Counted from the first letter of the stretch, positions 35,878 through 46,724 are shown. The stretch is 64,000 nucleotides of DNA from Euryarchaeota archaeon UBA552 (GCA_002499585.1 DAMH01000002.1:32147-96146), one strand, 5' to 3'. The notes: generated from the sequence alone by a model not told the origin. Program-made: numbers and translations.

Positions 35878-38142
35878 TCAACTGACATGAACCCTTTCAG
35901 CCTCGGATGGCATGATAGTTTTGATTATCCTCAACCTAGATCTAGCATGTTGATCTGTTGGATTGACATCTAAAACCTGTCTCCAGCGACGGGAAGCCGC
36001 CCTCAGATCACCATTCCTCTCATCCAATTCAGCAAGCATCATCAACACGTCGTATCTCTTGGGGTCACATTCCCAGGCCTTTTCCAGATCCAAAGCAGCC
36101 TCACGAGTTTTGTTGAACTCAAGATACAATTTCGCTCTGCACGCCCATGTATCACCCATTTGTGGGTTTATTCTTATGGCCTCATTCAACAGATTCTCAG
36201 CCTGCTCACCTCTTTTTGTTCGAAGGAGACATGATGCAAGCAGGGTCTTTGAGGTGATATCCTCATTACCCAGCGATACTGCCCTCTCCAACATTTCGAT
36301 GGCCTCATCCCACATGGAAAGGCCCACTAATGCTTCTCCAGCCCTCCTCAATGCAGCGGGATTTTCAGGATGATTCTGTATTAACAGCGATGAGTGACGT
36401 GCCGCTTCACTGAAATTGTCTTGTATTAGGAATATTGAGATCATATTCAACCTAGCAGAGACATGGTTAGGATCTAATTGTAGCACACTGACGAACTTCC
36501 TCTTAGCCTCGTCCATTCTACCTTCGCGGGCGAAGGCCAGGCCACAGAGTAGCCCCACTTCCACGGGGTCAGCGCGAACCTTGTCACACTCCCTTAGGAT
36601 AGATCTGGCCTCATCAAACTTCATTTCCTCGATCAATATCCTTGCCTCCTCAATCATCACATCCGGGGATTCTTCAGATATCCTCCTCGCCCGAGTGACA
36701 CATATTCTCGCTTCCTCTATGTTTCCACTGATCCTGTTGAAATAAGAGGATGCCAGCCAGCTTCTGTGATCTTCCCGATCTAAGTGTACCATTTTAGAAC
36801 TGCACTCTTCCATCTTCGTCATCAGTTCAACAGGTATCACGCCGTGATCATCTCTTTCACCGTTGATGTTTCTCATAAGGGCCAGTACCTCGGCCTCCAA
36901 GAGGCCCACTGTTTTCTCCAATGAGTCTGCTTGTTCTAGGATGGTTTTCGCTAATTCAAGTTTACCAATAGCAAGAGAAAGTTTGATGCAAGCCTCATAC
37001 AACGAACTACTCTCACTGGAAACAGCCTTCTTCATCAGTTTGTCCAATGCCTCGTCTGGAAGGCCTGCAGATACCAATATGGAGGCTTCCAACAAAACAA
37101 CTTCATCAGATTCAAACTTTATTTCACCCACCAGCCTCCTTGCTAAATTACCCTGGCCTTGCATATGAGCGACTCTCGCCCTGATAAGGAGGACCTCATC
37201 TAGATTCCTATCTTCTATGTTGAGTAAATCAATAATGTCCAAAACCTCATCCAACTTCCCCTGAGTCAACTTTGATCTCGCACGCTGTATTATGACGTCT
37301 GGTGGACTTTCGATGCTCGGACTTCCTGATGCTCGACTCTGTAGTCCCTGAATCGCACCTGAGAAATCCACGTCCATGTCACCATCCCATTCAAGAGAAT
37401 GGAGCCTCTTCCGGTTTCTAGTAGAGCGTGGATCGCTTTCAGGCAATAGACTCAATTGTTCAATCAATGCAGGAATGTCATCAGGCTGTGCAATTATGTG
37501 AGACTCCAAGGTTTCTATCAGCTCATTCCTTGTGCCTATTGCCCTCATTACCCTCAACAGGCCTGACATGGCTGGTAACCTATGTCCGCCCCTCAGCGAG
37601 GCCTCGTAGGCATCCCTGGCTAATCTGTGAAACTTCTGATCTTCAAACAAAGACCCTAGTCGTTCGAATTGACTCGGAGTCAAAGATAAGTCATCAGGTC
37701 TCACTCCACATGATTCGAGTAACTCTTTCAGCCTGCTAGTCAAGCTACTTGAAGCAATGAGGGATTTTTCTGTGTTATGACCGTCGTGTTCCATGGAGTT
37801 CGCCAGCAATCTAGCAGGGTGTGTGATTACTTCACACAGACTGCTTATGCTGGCGCCGTTATGTCTGCTCACTATCCTTTCTGCAGAATCCAATGCACTG
37901 TGAGCAGCAAGGCGATCATGCACCGGATCCCCTCTTTCCAGTACAGAGGCGATACCGTCGTTCACAGTGGATAATTCCCTGTGAACTTCGTTGAACGCGG
38001 ATGCCATGGTATCCAGCTCTGTCTGCATAATCTTGTTTCTACGACGAGCAGTTCTTTGTTTGACGAACACCGAGACGTATGCCAATATGAGTAGGGCGTA
38101 AACCCCTATCACTATCTGCGTCGCCTCTACCATATGCCGCAT
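35878..38142 (-). CDS. Membrane-anchored TPR-repeat protein
   Basis: N-terminal TM helix (IVIGVYALLILAYVSVFV). The C-terminal half has many 34-aa TPR-like repeats (A..Y...L...P....A...L). Confidence 0.7.
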   Translation of the reverse strand: MRHMVEATQIVIGVYALLILAYVSVFVKQRTARRRNKIMQTELDTMASAFNEVHRELSTVNDGIASVLERGDPVHDRLAAHSALDSAERIVSRHNGASISSLCEVITHPARLLANSMEHDGHNTEKSLIASSSLTSRLKELLESCGVRPDDLSLTPSQFERLGSLFEDQKFHRLARDAYEASLRGGHRLPAMSGLLRVMRAIGTRNELIETLESHIIAQPDDIPALIEQLSLLPESDPRSTRNRKRLHSLEWDGDMDVDFSGAIQGLQSRASGSPSIESPPDVIIQRARSKLTQGKLDEVLDIIDLLNIEDRNLDEVLLIRARVAHMQGQGNLARRLVGEIKFESDEVVLLEASILVSAGLPDEALDKLMKKAVSSESSSLYEACIKLSLAIGKLELAKTILEQADSLEKTVGLLEAEVLALMRNINGERDDHGVIPVELMTKMEECSSKMVHLDREDHRSWLASSYFNRISGNIEEARICVTRARRISEESPDVMIEEARILIEEMKFDEARSILRECDKVRADPVEVGLLCGLAFAREGRMDEAKRKFVSVLQLDPNHVSARLNMISIFLIQDNFSEAARHSSLLIQNHPENPAALRRAGEALVGLSMWDEAIEMLERAVSLGNEDITSKTLLASCLLRTKRGEQAENLLNEAIRINPQMGDTWACRAKLYLEFNKTREAALDLEKAWECDPKRYDVLMMLAELDERNGDLRAASRRWRQVLDVNPTDQHARSRLRIIKTIMPSEAERVHVS

Positions 38143-38220
38143 CGGGTTCGATGAGGCTTTGATGCCTTCTATCCTATTGAGTATTTGAAGCTCAATTTAC
38201 GGGTAGTTTCGGATTGCCGA

Positions 38221-39390
38221 TCAGAGGTCTGAGGGAGTGTATGCCGACACTGCCCCTTTCCTCGCAATGTCTCCAACAGAACTAGCTAAAACGTTCTCAA
38301 TCCCGGCTTTGTTAGCCAAATCGAATATGCGGTCACTCATCTTCCCAGCGAAGACCAATCCAATTGCACCTTCTATTTCCTCCAAAGCCTTACCCAGTGC
38401 CGCGGCTCCGAGTGGATCGGTCCCCGAACCATCCTCCAAGATTACAACAGCTTGATTTCTATTTAATCCATCAAGGTGCTGTCCCCAATCGGACATCAAT
38501 TCCGGAGCCTGAACATCTGCCTTCTCTTGCCCAAGAGCGGCATTATCCGCGTTTTCCATTTGTTTTCGGACCCTCTGAACAACTTTGGCCGCAGCCTCTT
38601 TCTGATTCAAGCACTTTGTTATGGTCTTCCCCTCCAGGTGTTCTACTTCCAGACTCTTGGGGGCGAATGCGACGTGGGTGAGCGATTTCTCCAGCGAACC
38701 TGCCAACTCCATCAATAGGAGGCTTCCGCCACGATCACCGTCAAGAAACGCTGTGACATTCTTTTTGGATGAAGCCAACTCTACAAGCTCCTTTGAGACG
38801 CCAGAACCCATCATTGCTATGCCATTTTTGATGCCGTACTTCAGTAGATTTCTGACATCGTTCCTCCCTTCTACGATTATGATTCCATCACTGTTTTTCA
38901 CGTTGGGTCCAGCTGTCATCCCGCTAAGGTTGATTTCGGTATCAACGGTGAGGACTGATCTTACCTCATCCAGTATGTTCTTTGATTCATCAGCGCCAGA
39001 TCCGATCAGTTCCATGAGCAGTCTCTTAGCGCGATCAATGACTACGTCTCTCTTTGCTGAGACTACATTCTCTATTTTTTGGACTCGTATGGACGCCTTG
39101 CAAGGCCCTATTCGATCAATGGTCTCTAGCGCAGCTCCAATCACAGATGTGGACACTTGATCCATTGAGGTAGTGAGCTTTATCTCTCCGTTCACACTGC
39201 CTTTTCGCTGGTTGAGTGAGACATCGACGTGGCCAATCCTGCCGTTCCTCTGCAAGTCCCTCAATTGCAAGTCCTCACCTAGTAGACCCTCAGTCTGGCC
39301 AAATATGGCGCCAACTACATCCTTTCTTTGTACTGTACCATCAGTTCTGATGGTAGCGTGTATGATATATTTCCCTTCATTTTTTGACAT
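38221..39390 (-). CDS. dnaG: Archaeal DnaG-type primase/Toprim protein
   Basis: Toprim core (IIIVEGRNDVRNLLKYGI, FLDGDRGG). Start chosen at the ATG 39390, which has a GGAGG 7 nt upstream; the ORF opens at 39408. Confidence 0.85.
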   Translation of the reverse strand: MSKNEGKYIIHATIRTDGTVQRKDVVGAIFGQTEGLLGEDLQLRDLQRNGRIGHVDVSLNQRKGSVNGEIKLTTSMDQVSTSVIGAALETIDRIGPCKASIRVQKIENVVSAKRDVVIDRAKRLLMELIGSGADESKNILDEVRSVLTVDTEINLSGMTAGPNVKNSDGIIIVEGRNDVRNLLKYGIKNGIAMMGSGVSKELVELASSKKNVTAFLDGDRGGSLLLMELAGSLEKSLTHVAFAPKSLEVEHLEGKTITKCLNQKEAAAKVVQRVRKQMENADNAALGQEKADVQAPELMSDWGQHLDGLNRNQAVVILEDGSGTDPLGAAALGKALEEIEGAIGLVFAGKMSDRIFDLANKAGIENVLASSVGDIARKGAVSAYTPSDL

Positions 39391-39397
39391 TTTATTT

Positions 39398-39402
39398 CCT
39401 CC
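39398..39402 (-). promoter_or_regulatory. Shine-Dalgarno-like GGAGG upstream of dnaG
   Basis: Minus-strand GGAGGAAATAAAATG; 7-nt spacer to the ATG. Confidence 0.4.
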
Positions 39403-39558
39403 GAGCATTCACTTTTCCCAAGCACGGGGTTTCGCGGCCTTTTGCCGCCGTAATTGGCAAGGATGGGTGCTGAACACCCGCGAGTAGGAAAGTGACCTGT
39501 TCGCTATCGCGTCCCATGGTCTGCATTTGAACGCTTTGATGGCGACCCGTCAAAATTT

Positions 39559-40092
39559 ATGTTAATTAGCCTCGTGTATACATTCATGGGTGAAATCCAT
39601 ATCACAAACCTATCATCAGTTAGCATGAATGAAGGGACGCTGGACACCGTTGGCGTTTTCAGGGGAGCAACTACACTCGCACTCCAAGATGGTCACCTAG
39701 ATGATCAAGAGATGAGAATCCTAGCCAGGTTGTCCCACGCACTTAGGCTAGAAGATGGAACCCCGGTTCGGGTCTATGAGGATATCATGGCAACGAGAGA
39801 TAGCGATCCTGGCAGGGTGATTACAAGGTCTGAGGCCATGTTGGCTTACGGGCAAGTCCTAGAGGCATATTGCACCATATCAGAGCCTTCTCAGGAGGCA
39901 GCTTTGCTACTTTCATACATGAGAGCTGTCTTCGACATCAATGAAACCGAGCATCGCGAGTTTGTACGTAGTGTTGACAGGCATTTAGAACAAGTAGTGC
40001 ATAGAAATGTTGCCGCCCAGTTGAGGACTACAATTGACGATGCTATCGAATTAGTGACTAATCCACTTCAAAATCTGAGGATAAAGAAATGA
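39559..40092 (+). CDS. Hypothetical protein, weak TerB-like character
   Basis: DGHLDDQEMRILARLSHALRL pattern resembles TerB/DjlA-N helical domains. Start uncertain. Confidence 0.4.
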   Translation: MLISLVYTFMGEIHITNLSSVSMNEGTLDTVGVFRGATTLALQDGHLDDQEMRILARLSHALRLEDGTPVRVYEDIMATRDSDPGRVITRSEAMLAYGQVLEAYCTISEPSQEAALLLSYMRAVFDINETEHREFVRSVDRHLEQVVHRNVAAQLRTTIDDAIELVTNPLQNLRIKK

Positions 40093-40098
40093 GGTCCA

Positions 40099-40743
40099 AT
40101 GATGGATCTTGACGAATACTTGACCAATGTTCCAGATAGGAAGGCTCGATCCCCCAGATCTCTGCCCAGCATACTAAGAGAAGCCTACACATATGGTGTT
40201 CCTGCACTCATAATGAAGTCAAGCACCGACAGGCTCTCAGCCGATGGAGGGTACTCGTTCTTTCTAGGAACACCCGATGTTGCACTTAGAAGGATCGCTT
40301 CATGGCTCATTACCAAAAATTCAACCAATCCATCGGTATTATGCTCGATACTACGACCCCTATGGTCCAGACACGGACGGGAGGATATTGCAATGTGCGC
40401 TCTTCTTTTAGCCAACCTAGACCATGCTAGGACAGGCACCAGGCCATGGGCCTTGTTGGAAAGCCTGATCCGCCCTCACGAACCCATCGAGGGCTTGCTG
40501 CTCTGTGTGGAAGAGATATTGAGATCAGGCAGACAGGCACCCTCGGAGGATACCCACTGTCAATGGCTCTTAGGCGATGGAGTCATGCCCAGCTTGGCTC
40601 TCCTGTCGATTCACGCATCTATGGTCAGGGGAAGGAATCCAACGAAAAAGGAGGTATCTCAAATAAGAGGGATAACCGTATCTTATCCATCTGACATCAT
40701 CCAAAGAGTGAAGGATAGGATAATCCTCAATGACCAAGTCTAA
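40099..40743 (+). CDS. Hypothetical helical protein
   Basis: 214-aa ORF with coding-like composition and no motif recognised. Confidence 0.4.
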   Translation: MMDLDEYLTNVPDRKARSPRSLPSILREAYTYGVPALIMKSSTDRLSADGGYSFFLGTPDVALRRIASWLITKNSTNPSVLCSILRPLWSRHGREDIAMCALLLANLDHARTGTRPWALLESLIRPHEPIEGLLLCVEEILRSGRQAPSEDTHCQWLLGDGVMPSLALLSIHASMVRGRNPTKKEVSQIRGITVSYPSDIIQRVKDRIILNDQV

Positions 40744-40770
40744 TCACCTCCGATTCCCAAGCCCAATACA

Positions 40771-40980
40771 ATGTCAGAGCGGTTACTACCCTCGGATGAT
40801 CCAGTTGCCGAAGAGGTTCTGGAGTGGACCATAGCCAAAGACGCCCAAGATATAGCACAGATAATGCATTGGTTGGAACAAACAGAAGCGAGGAGAGACA
40901 GGATGGTTTTGATATCCAGAGCAAATGAGCTCATCGAAGAAATGATGCATGCAATGAGAAGGCTCGATGAATTGCGGTGA
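40771..40980 (+). CDS. Small helical hypothetical protein
   Basis: 69 aa, charged and helical. Tightly packed between neighbours. Confidence 0.3.
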   Translation: MSERLLPSDDPVAEEVLEWTIAKDAQDIAQIMHWLEQTEARRDRMVLISRANELIEEMMHAMRRLDELR

Positions 40981-40984
40981 GCCA

Positions 40985-41545
40985 ATGCAAGCGATAGTTC
41001 TTGCAGGCGGAAAATCAACTCGCATGGGCCGAGATAAATCATTGATGGAAGTGAACGGCCGATCCCTGATCCGAATCACTTTGGAGAGGTTAATTGAAAC
41101 AGGCCATTCAAAAATTGTGGTTTATTCAGCAGACAAATCACAAACTTCACGACAGGCTGATTCAATCGGAAACATTTCTGGAAGGATAACATGGCGGCAA
41201 GATCCTTCTCCATACAATGGTGTGATTGAATCACTTAGGCACGCAATGATGAATGAGGAATTCGACTCTGACCGGCCACTCCAAATCTCTCCTGTGGACA
41301 CTCCTGACCTCAATCCTGACATCTACGCAAAACTCAGAAGAAGTTTATTGCCTAATGTAGACGTCGTAGTCCCAATCAGCTCGGTAATTCATCCATTACA
41401 CGCCTTGGTTAGAATAACCCCTTTCCTCGAAGCCCTCGACACTTTGGGTGGACCAATCGCATCTCAGATAAAATCAATGCGTTGGAGGGGTATCCAGACT
41501 AAAGATCACTACCTTCGTAACCTTAATTCACCAGCCGATGTATGA
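40985..41545 (+). CDS. mobA: MobA-like nucleotidyltransferase (molybdenum cofactor guanylyltransferase-like)
   Basis: AIVLAGGKSTRMGRDKSL N-terminal NTP-transferase motif. ATG at 40985 preferred over 40967. Confidence 0.7.
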   Translation: MQAIVLAGGKSTRMGRDKSLMEVNGRSLIRITLERLIETGHSKIVVYSADKSQTSRQADSIGNISGRITWRQDPSPYNGVIESLRHAMMNEEFDSDRPLQISPVDTPDLNPDIYAKLRRSLLPNVDVVVPISSVIHPLHALVRITPFLEALDTLGGPIASQIKSMRWRGIQTKDHYLRNLNSPADV

Positions 41546-42194
41546 ATGATTTGGGGTCTGTGGAATACTCGTCGATTATTCTCGGATAGAGATCGTGTTC
41601 GACCAATTTGATCCTATTCTGAAGGTCATCCACAGAGTCACTTCGGTGCACTGGTACTTCGGACTGAGCCAGAATAGGCCCCGAGTCGACGCCCTCATCA
41701 ACCAAGTGTACTGTACAGCCTGAAACCTTAGCCTGATCTAGCAATGCATCTCTGTGGGCATGAGCACCTGGATATTTCGGGAGAAGCGAAGGATGTATGT
41801 TTAACAGACGTCCCTTCCAATGCCCAACAAATGATGGTGTGAGAATCCTCATATAACCTGCAAGGACGACAAGTTCCACGTGATTTTCAACAAGGCGGCT
41901 ATGGACTGTTCGCTCATGTGCCAGGCGACTTTCCTTCTTGCCCTCAAGTCTCGGCACCGTCAAGCCGATTGTCTTGATACCGTTACTTAGCCCATGACGA
42001 AGTCCAGGAGCCTCTTCAGAATCAGATAATACCAGTACAGTTTTGTAAGCTCGATTGCCCTTTCCTTCGTATTTTATTATAGACGCTAATCCTGATCCTC
42101 CTCCAGAGATCAGCACTGCAACCCTCAGAGGCGCGTCTACAGAACCTCGACGAGGTAACACATAGCCCTCGATCACACCCGATCTGAGATACAA
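41523..42194 (-). CDS. purN: Phosphoribosylglycinamide formyltransferase
   Basis: VLISGGGSGL, NIHPSLLP, GCTVHLVDEGVDSGPI. The track start is TTG; the true start may be a downstream GTG. Confidence 0.85.
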   Translation of the reverse strand: MYLRSGVIEGYVLPRRGSVDAPLRVAVLISGGGSGLASIIKYEGKGNRAYKTVLVLSDSEEAPGLRHGLSNGIKTIGLTVPRLEGKKESRLAHERTVHSRLVENHVELVVLAGYMRILTPSFVGHWKGRLLNIHPSLLPKYPGAHAHRDALLDQAKVSGCTVHLVDEGVDSGPILAQSEVPVHRSDSVDDLQNRIKLVEHDLYPRIIDEYSTDPKSFIHRLVN

Positions 42195-42271
42195 CTCATA
42201 GAAAAAATCAGTGGGTTTCGATAATCACTGATCGATATCAGAAATCTTCCCAATAGCACGAATATACAATT

Positions 42272-42844
42272 TCAACTGACCTTAGAGAATTGGATAAGCC
42301 TGTCTATTGAGATGTGATCTGCCGTATCTTTGCAGTAATGGGCCTCCACGACCTTCCCGGATTCATCTATCAGCACGTCTACTGGAATAGTGGACATTTT
42401 AGAGATTGACATCGTCCTCGGAAAATATCCTTTCAGAGTAGCGCTTAGGAAAGTGAGGGGAGATCTTATTGCACCCCACATAAACCTTGCAAAGGACTTC
42501 TCTACGCTGTATTTTCTAAACAGTGAGTAATCATCGTTAGCGACTATGGCAAAAGGAATCGAACGCCCGGACATCCTCTTTCGTAGGTCTTGGATATCAG
42601 CATCAAATAGTCCCACCATGATTGTACCATCGTCAAATTCATCCCATCTTTTGATAATTCGGTCAATTCTGATGTTGCAGAAAGGGCAACTAGAGAATCT
42701 GAAAAATGTAAGGATTACCTTATTCCCTTTGGTCTTGGACATGTCAAAAATTTGACCATCTATAGATGGTAGCGAAAATTCAGGTGCATCATCACCTATT
42801 CCAATCCTAGACACATGATATTGCACAGCCCTGTCCGTTATCAA
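42272..42844 (-). CDS. Peroxiredoxin-like/redoxin-fold protein
   Basis: FFRFSSCPFC motif and AhpC/TSA-like layout. Non-ATG start (TTG or GTG). Confidence 0.6.
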   Translation of the reverse strand: MITDRAVQYHVSRIGIGDDAPEFSLPSIDGQIFDMSKTKGNKVILTFFRFSSCPFCNIRIDRIIKRWDEFDDGTIMVGLFDADIQDLRKRMSGRSIPFAIVANDDYSLFRKYSVEKSFARFMWGAIRSPLTFLSATLKGYFPRTMSISKMSTIPVDVLIDESGKVVEAHYCKDTADHISIDRLIQFSKVS

Positions 42845-42907
42845 ATCTCACTCTGAACGTATCATGTCATCCTCAAGATGAATAACCAGTTCAACCTCCA
42901 ACGTACC

Positions 42908-43099
42908 ATGGAACAAGGAACTGTGAAGTGGTTCAATCAAAAGAAAGGATATGGATTCATCGAAAGGGAAGGGGCTGACGACCTATTCGTCCACATTTCC
43001 GAGGTCGAAGGAACGATCCGAGACGGGGACTCTGTTGAGTTCGAAGTTGCAGAGGGCCCAAAAGGACTCAATGCAGTAAAAGTCAGCAAAACTGAATAG
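42908..43099 (+). CDS. cspA: Cold-shock protein (CspA family)
   Basis: [15 protein letters not shown] (RNP1) and DLFVHIS (RNP2). ATG at 42908 gives the canonical 63-aa size. Confidence 0.9.
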   Translation: MEQGTVKWFNQKKGYGFIEREGADDLFVHISEVEGTIRDGDSVEFEVAEGPKGLNAVKVSKTE

Positions 43100-43106
43100 T
43101 CAATGA

Positions 43107-43802
43107 CTATACAGATTTCAAGGCATAGTTGTGCTCTAGGGCATCACCAACACTCACCCAATCCGGGGTGCTTCCATCTATCCATTCATATCGATGACCG
43201 GGTATCATTCTCCAATCATTAGGGAGTCGCTTCAATATCTCTTTCCCCCTCCCGATGCTTCTTACCTGCGAGGATGGATCCGAACCCGGTAGGTCAACCC
43301 TACCCATGCCGTTTGTGAAAAGCAGATCACCTGCGTGGAAGACCTCATGACCGTGCAGTGTGACGTGACCCGGAGCGTGACCAGGGGTATGAGTCACAGT
43401 GAGGTGAATATTACCAACCGACCATTCGACACTTAATAGAGGCGGTTGGGACCAAGTTCTGTTGAAGTCTACTTTTCCAAAAACTGGGAATTCAAGAAGT
43501 TGGGGCACTCGCGCATCCTCATGCCCCCAGACCTCCAGATCGGGGATGAGGCTGACCATCTGAGAATAGCCAGCTGTGTGATCTCTGTGGGTGTGTGTGT
43601 AAAGGATGTGGGTCGGCCTTAACCCCTGTCGCTCTAGCTCACCACACCATGCAAACGCATCAAAAGGATCGATAATTGCAACTAAATCATTGGATCTATC
43701 GATAAATGCCGTATTCATGTTCAAGTACGGACCCATCATGGTAACCCAGACCTCAACATCGCCTTCCACAATTCGTTTGTCGAACTCCCCATCACCTAAC
43801 AT
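43107..43802 (-). CDS. MBL-fold metallo-hydrolase (glyoxalase II-like)
   Basis: THTHRDH motif, HTPGHAPGH. Start trimmed to the ATG at 43802 to remove antisense overlap with leuS. Confidence 0.8.
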   Translation of the reverse strand: MLGDGEFDKRIVEGDVEVWVTMMGPYLNMNTAFIDRSNDLVAIIDPFDAFAWCGELERQGLRPTHILYTHTHRDHTAGYSQMVSLIPDLEVWGHEDARVPQLLEFPVFGKVDFNRTWSQPPLLSVEWSVGNIHLTVTHTPGHAPGHVTLHGHEVFHAGDLLFTNGMGRVDLPGSDPSSQVRSIGRGKEILKRLPNDWRMIPGHRYEWIDGSTPDWVSVGDALEHNYALKSV

Positions 43803-43868
43803 GATGCGTCCGTACCTACGGCACCTCAAAGAGGTGACCTGTGATCCGCAGGGTAAGGGAGGCGTGTA

Positions 43869-46724
43869 ATGGGGTACGATCACACTGAGATCGAGCTTCG
43901 CTGGCAAGAGGAGTGGCAGGCAAGCGGAGTTTTTTCCGCTGACATCGATATGACACGGCCAAAGTTCTACTGTTTGGAGATGTTTCCCTATCCTTCCGGT
44001 CACATGCACATGGGTCACGTCCGGAACTACTCGATAGGGGACGCTATGGCGAGATATCACAGAATGATGGGCAAGAATGTACTATATCCGATGGGTTACG
44101 ACTCCTTCGGAATGCCGGCAGAGAACGCGGCAAAAAAAGAGAAAGGACACCCTGCAAAAGTTACAGATCGGAATATATCCAGCATAAAAAACGATCAGAA
44201 GAGGATGGGATATTCATACGATTGGAGGCGACAAATTGCGACATCTAATGTCGAGTATTATGAATGGAACCAGTCTATGTTCCTTGATCTCTATGAAAAG
44301 GGGTTGGTTGAGAGGAGATCAGCCCCAGTAAATTGGTGTGTGGAATGCGACACGGTACTTGCAAATGAGCAAGTCAAGAACAATCGTTGCTGGCGATGCG
44401 GACTTGAAGTTATCCAACGAGATATGTCTCAGTGGTTCCTTCTTATGACAAAATACTCTGACGAGTTACTTGACTCACTCGAGGAGATAGTCTTCCCAGA
44501 GAATGTTAAGGCCATGCAGCGAAATTGGATAGGTCGATCGAAAGGTGCTGAAATAATATTCAACATTGTAAATAGTAAAGGAAAAATATCCTGTTTCACC
44601 ACTCGCCCAGATACGATTTTTGGTGTTACTTTCATCACCCTCTCTCCAGAACATGAATTATGCCCCGAGTTGTGTGAGGGGACGGAATGGGAAGAGGGGT
44701 GGAGAAACCTAAGGGATGAGTGCGCCAGACTCTCCGAATTTGAGAGAATAAACCTCCTGAAGGAGAAAAAAGGAGTATTCCTTGGAAGTTATGCAATAAA
44801 TCCACTTAGTGGGGAGGAAATCCCTGTCTATGCGGGAAACTTCGTAGTGGCAGGTTACGGCACGGGAGCTGTCATGGGGGTCCCAGGCCATGACCAAAGA
44901 GACTTTGACTTCGCAAAAAAGTACGGTTTGAAGATTCGCTCGGTTATATCCGACGAGAATGAAAAACGACCTCAAAGAGACATGATGTCAGCTTTCTCGG
45001 GATACGGCCCAATGAAGAATTCTGCACGACCTGGCTTGGATGGATTATCCGGAGATGACGCGAAGTCTGCTGTGATAAGAATACTCGAAGAAGAAGCCTC
45101 AGGTATCGGAACCACTCAATATCGACTGAGAGATTGGCTCCTGAGTAGACAGAGATTCTGGGGCACTCCAATACCCATGATACACTGTGATACCTGTGGT
45201 GTAGTGCCAGTGCCAAAGGAAGACCTTCCGGTGACACTGCCAATGGATGTGACATTTTCTGAGGAAGATGGCGGAAATCCGCTGGCCTCACATGATCATT
45301 TCAAACACGTCGCGTGTCCTGTCTGTGAAAATCCAGCCACACGCGAGACCGACACAATGGACACCTTCTATGATTCCTCTTGGTACTTTATGAGATTCTG
45401 TGACGCAGGGAATACACAAGAACCGTTTTCCAAAGAAGCTGTAGATTATTGGATGAGAGGAGGGGTTGATCTCTACATAGGGGGAATTGAACATGCTGTC
45501 ATGCATTTGCTATACGCACGCTTCTTCACCAAGGCAACCAGGGACATGGGGATGAACATCATCGGCGAGCCATTCGGAAGGTTGGTTTGTCAGGGCATGC
45601 TAAACGCACCAGCTCCGTACTGCGCTGATTGCAATGCGGAGTATCATGTCGATTATGAGGGCGATAAGTGCCCTATTTGCAGTGCAGCCCTCAGTACCCG
45701 CTCGGCAAAGATGAGTAAATCACTTGGGAACACAGTAAGCCCGGGAGATATGGTAGAGAAGTATGGCGCAGACACTGTTCGTTTGTTCATACTTTTTGGC
45801 GCGAACCCTGAGGCTGGTATGGAATGGTCAGACAATGCGATAGAATCCAACCATCGTCATTTGATTTCAGTTATCGAGGCATTCAAGCACTCCAAAACGT
45901 TTGACAACAAGTCGAAGGACATCGACAGATGGTTGATTGCCAAGAGTAAAAGGAACTTATACCGATGGAAAGTATGCATGGAAGAAGTCAGTCTGAGAGA
46001 AGGTGTCACGATCAGTCACTACGAGATGTTATCTGATTGGCAATGGTATCTCAGGAGAGGAGGCGCCGACAAACAGACTTCCAACAGATTCATGTCAATT
46101 TGGGCACATATGATAGCCCCAGCGACACCACACATTGCCGAGGAACTTTGGAGGGATCTCGGCGGTGAGAATATGATTGCAGGCAGCATTTTGGAAGTTG
46201 AGGAAATTTCACAAAATGATGAGGAGGAAATAGCAATGGAGAAATACCTGAGATCAGTTATCGACACATCTCGCAACTTAATGTCACTGGCCGCAAAGCA
46301 TACGGACAAACCACTAAGCAGGTTAGTAATACAAACCTCGTCATCTTGGGCGCAGAAGTTGGCAAATGATGCGATTTCATTGGCTGATGGTGGATTTGAT
46401 TTCCAAAAATCTGGGATAAATTACCTGAAAGAACATTCTGCATTCATTTCTTCCAATGACAAAGGACTTGTCATGCAGACTTGGGCGTCCTTAACGATGG
46501 GTAACAAGAAAAGGCGGGGGAAGATACAGACATGGACCGAGGAGGACAAATTCTTAATTTCAGTCGACGGTCTTGAGGCAGATATACTCAGGGACAATTC
46601 GGCTTTCATATCCGATGCCTTGGGAATAGAGAAGGTTGAGGTTTATGAGGCGGGGACTGGTGTTGATGTCGGTGGTAAGGCCAAGTTTGCAATTCCGCTT
46701 GAGCCGGGAATAGCCTTTGTCTGA
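43869..46724 (+). CDS. leuS: Leucyl-tRNA synthetase (archaeal type)
   Basis: PYPSGHMHMGH (HIGH), KMSKSLGN, CP1 editing region, 951 aa. Confidence 0.95.
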   Translation: MGYDHTEIELRWQEEWQASGVFSADIDMTRPKFYCLEMFPYPSGHMHMGHVRNYSIGDAMARYHRMMGKNVLYPMGYDSFGMPAENAAKKEKGHPAKVTDRNISSIKNDQKRMGYSYDWRRQIATSNVEYYEWNQSMFLDLYEKGLVERRSAPVNWCVECDTVLANEQVKNNRCWRCGLEVIQRDMSQWFLLMTKYSDELLDSLEEIVFPENVKAMQRNWIGRSKGAEIIFNIVNSKGKISCFTTRPDTIFGVTFITLSPEHELCPELCEGTEWEEGWRNLRDECARLSEFERINLLKEKKGVFLGSYAINPLSGEEIPVYAGNFVVAGYGTGAVMGVPGHDQRDFDFAKKYGLKIRSVISDENEKRPQRDMMSAFSGYGPMKNSARPGLDGLSGDDAKSAVIRILEEEASGIGTTQYRLRDWLLSRQRFWGTPIPMIHCDTCGVVPVPKEDLPVTLPMDVTFSEEDGGNPLASHDHFKHVACPVCENPATRETDTMDTFYDSSWYFMRFCDAGNTQEPFSKEAVDYWMRGGVDLYIGGIEHAVMHLLYARFFTKATRDMGMNIIGEPFGRLVCQGMLNAPAPYCADCNAEYHVDYEGDKCPICSAALSTRSAKMSKSLGNTVSPGDMVEKYGADTVRLFILFGANPEAGMEWSDNAIESNHRHLISVIEAFKHSKTFDNKSKDIDRWLIAKSKRNLYRWKVCMEEVSLREGVTISHYEMLSDWQWYLRRGGADKQTSNRFMSIWAHMIAPATPHIAEELWRDLGGENMIAGSILEVEEISQNDEEEIAMEKYLRSVIDTSRNLMSLAAKHTDKPLSRLVIQTSSSWAQKLANDAISLADGGFDFQKSGINYLKEHSAFISSNDKGLVMQTWASLTMGNKKRRGKIQTWTEEDKFLISVDGLEADILRDNSAFISDALGIEKVEVYEAGTGVDVGGKAKFAIPLEPGIAFV

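Noticed and set aside
43803-44060. N-terminal extensions of track ORFs that overlap neighbouring genes. These are the MBL hydrolase at 43803-44060, PriL at 18051-18164, the giant membrane protein at 57743-57826 and the cyclophilin at 12363-12431
   Set aside because: The extensions lack family similarity, several begin at GTG or TTG, and internal ATGs give canonical N-termini and remove the overlaps.
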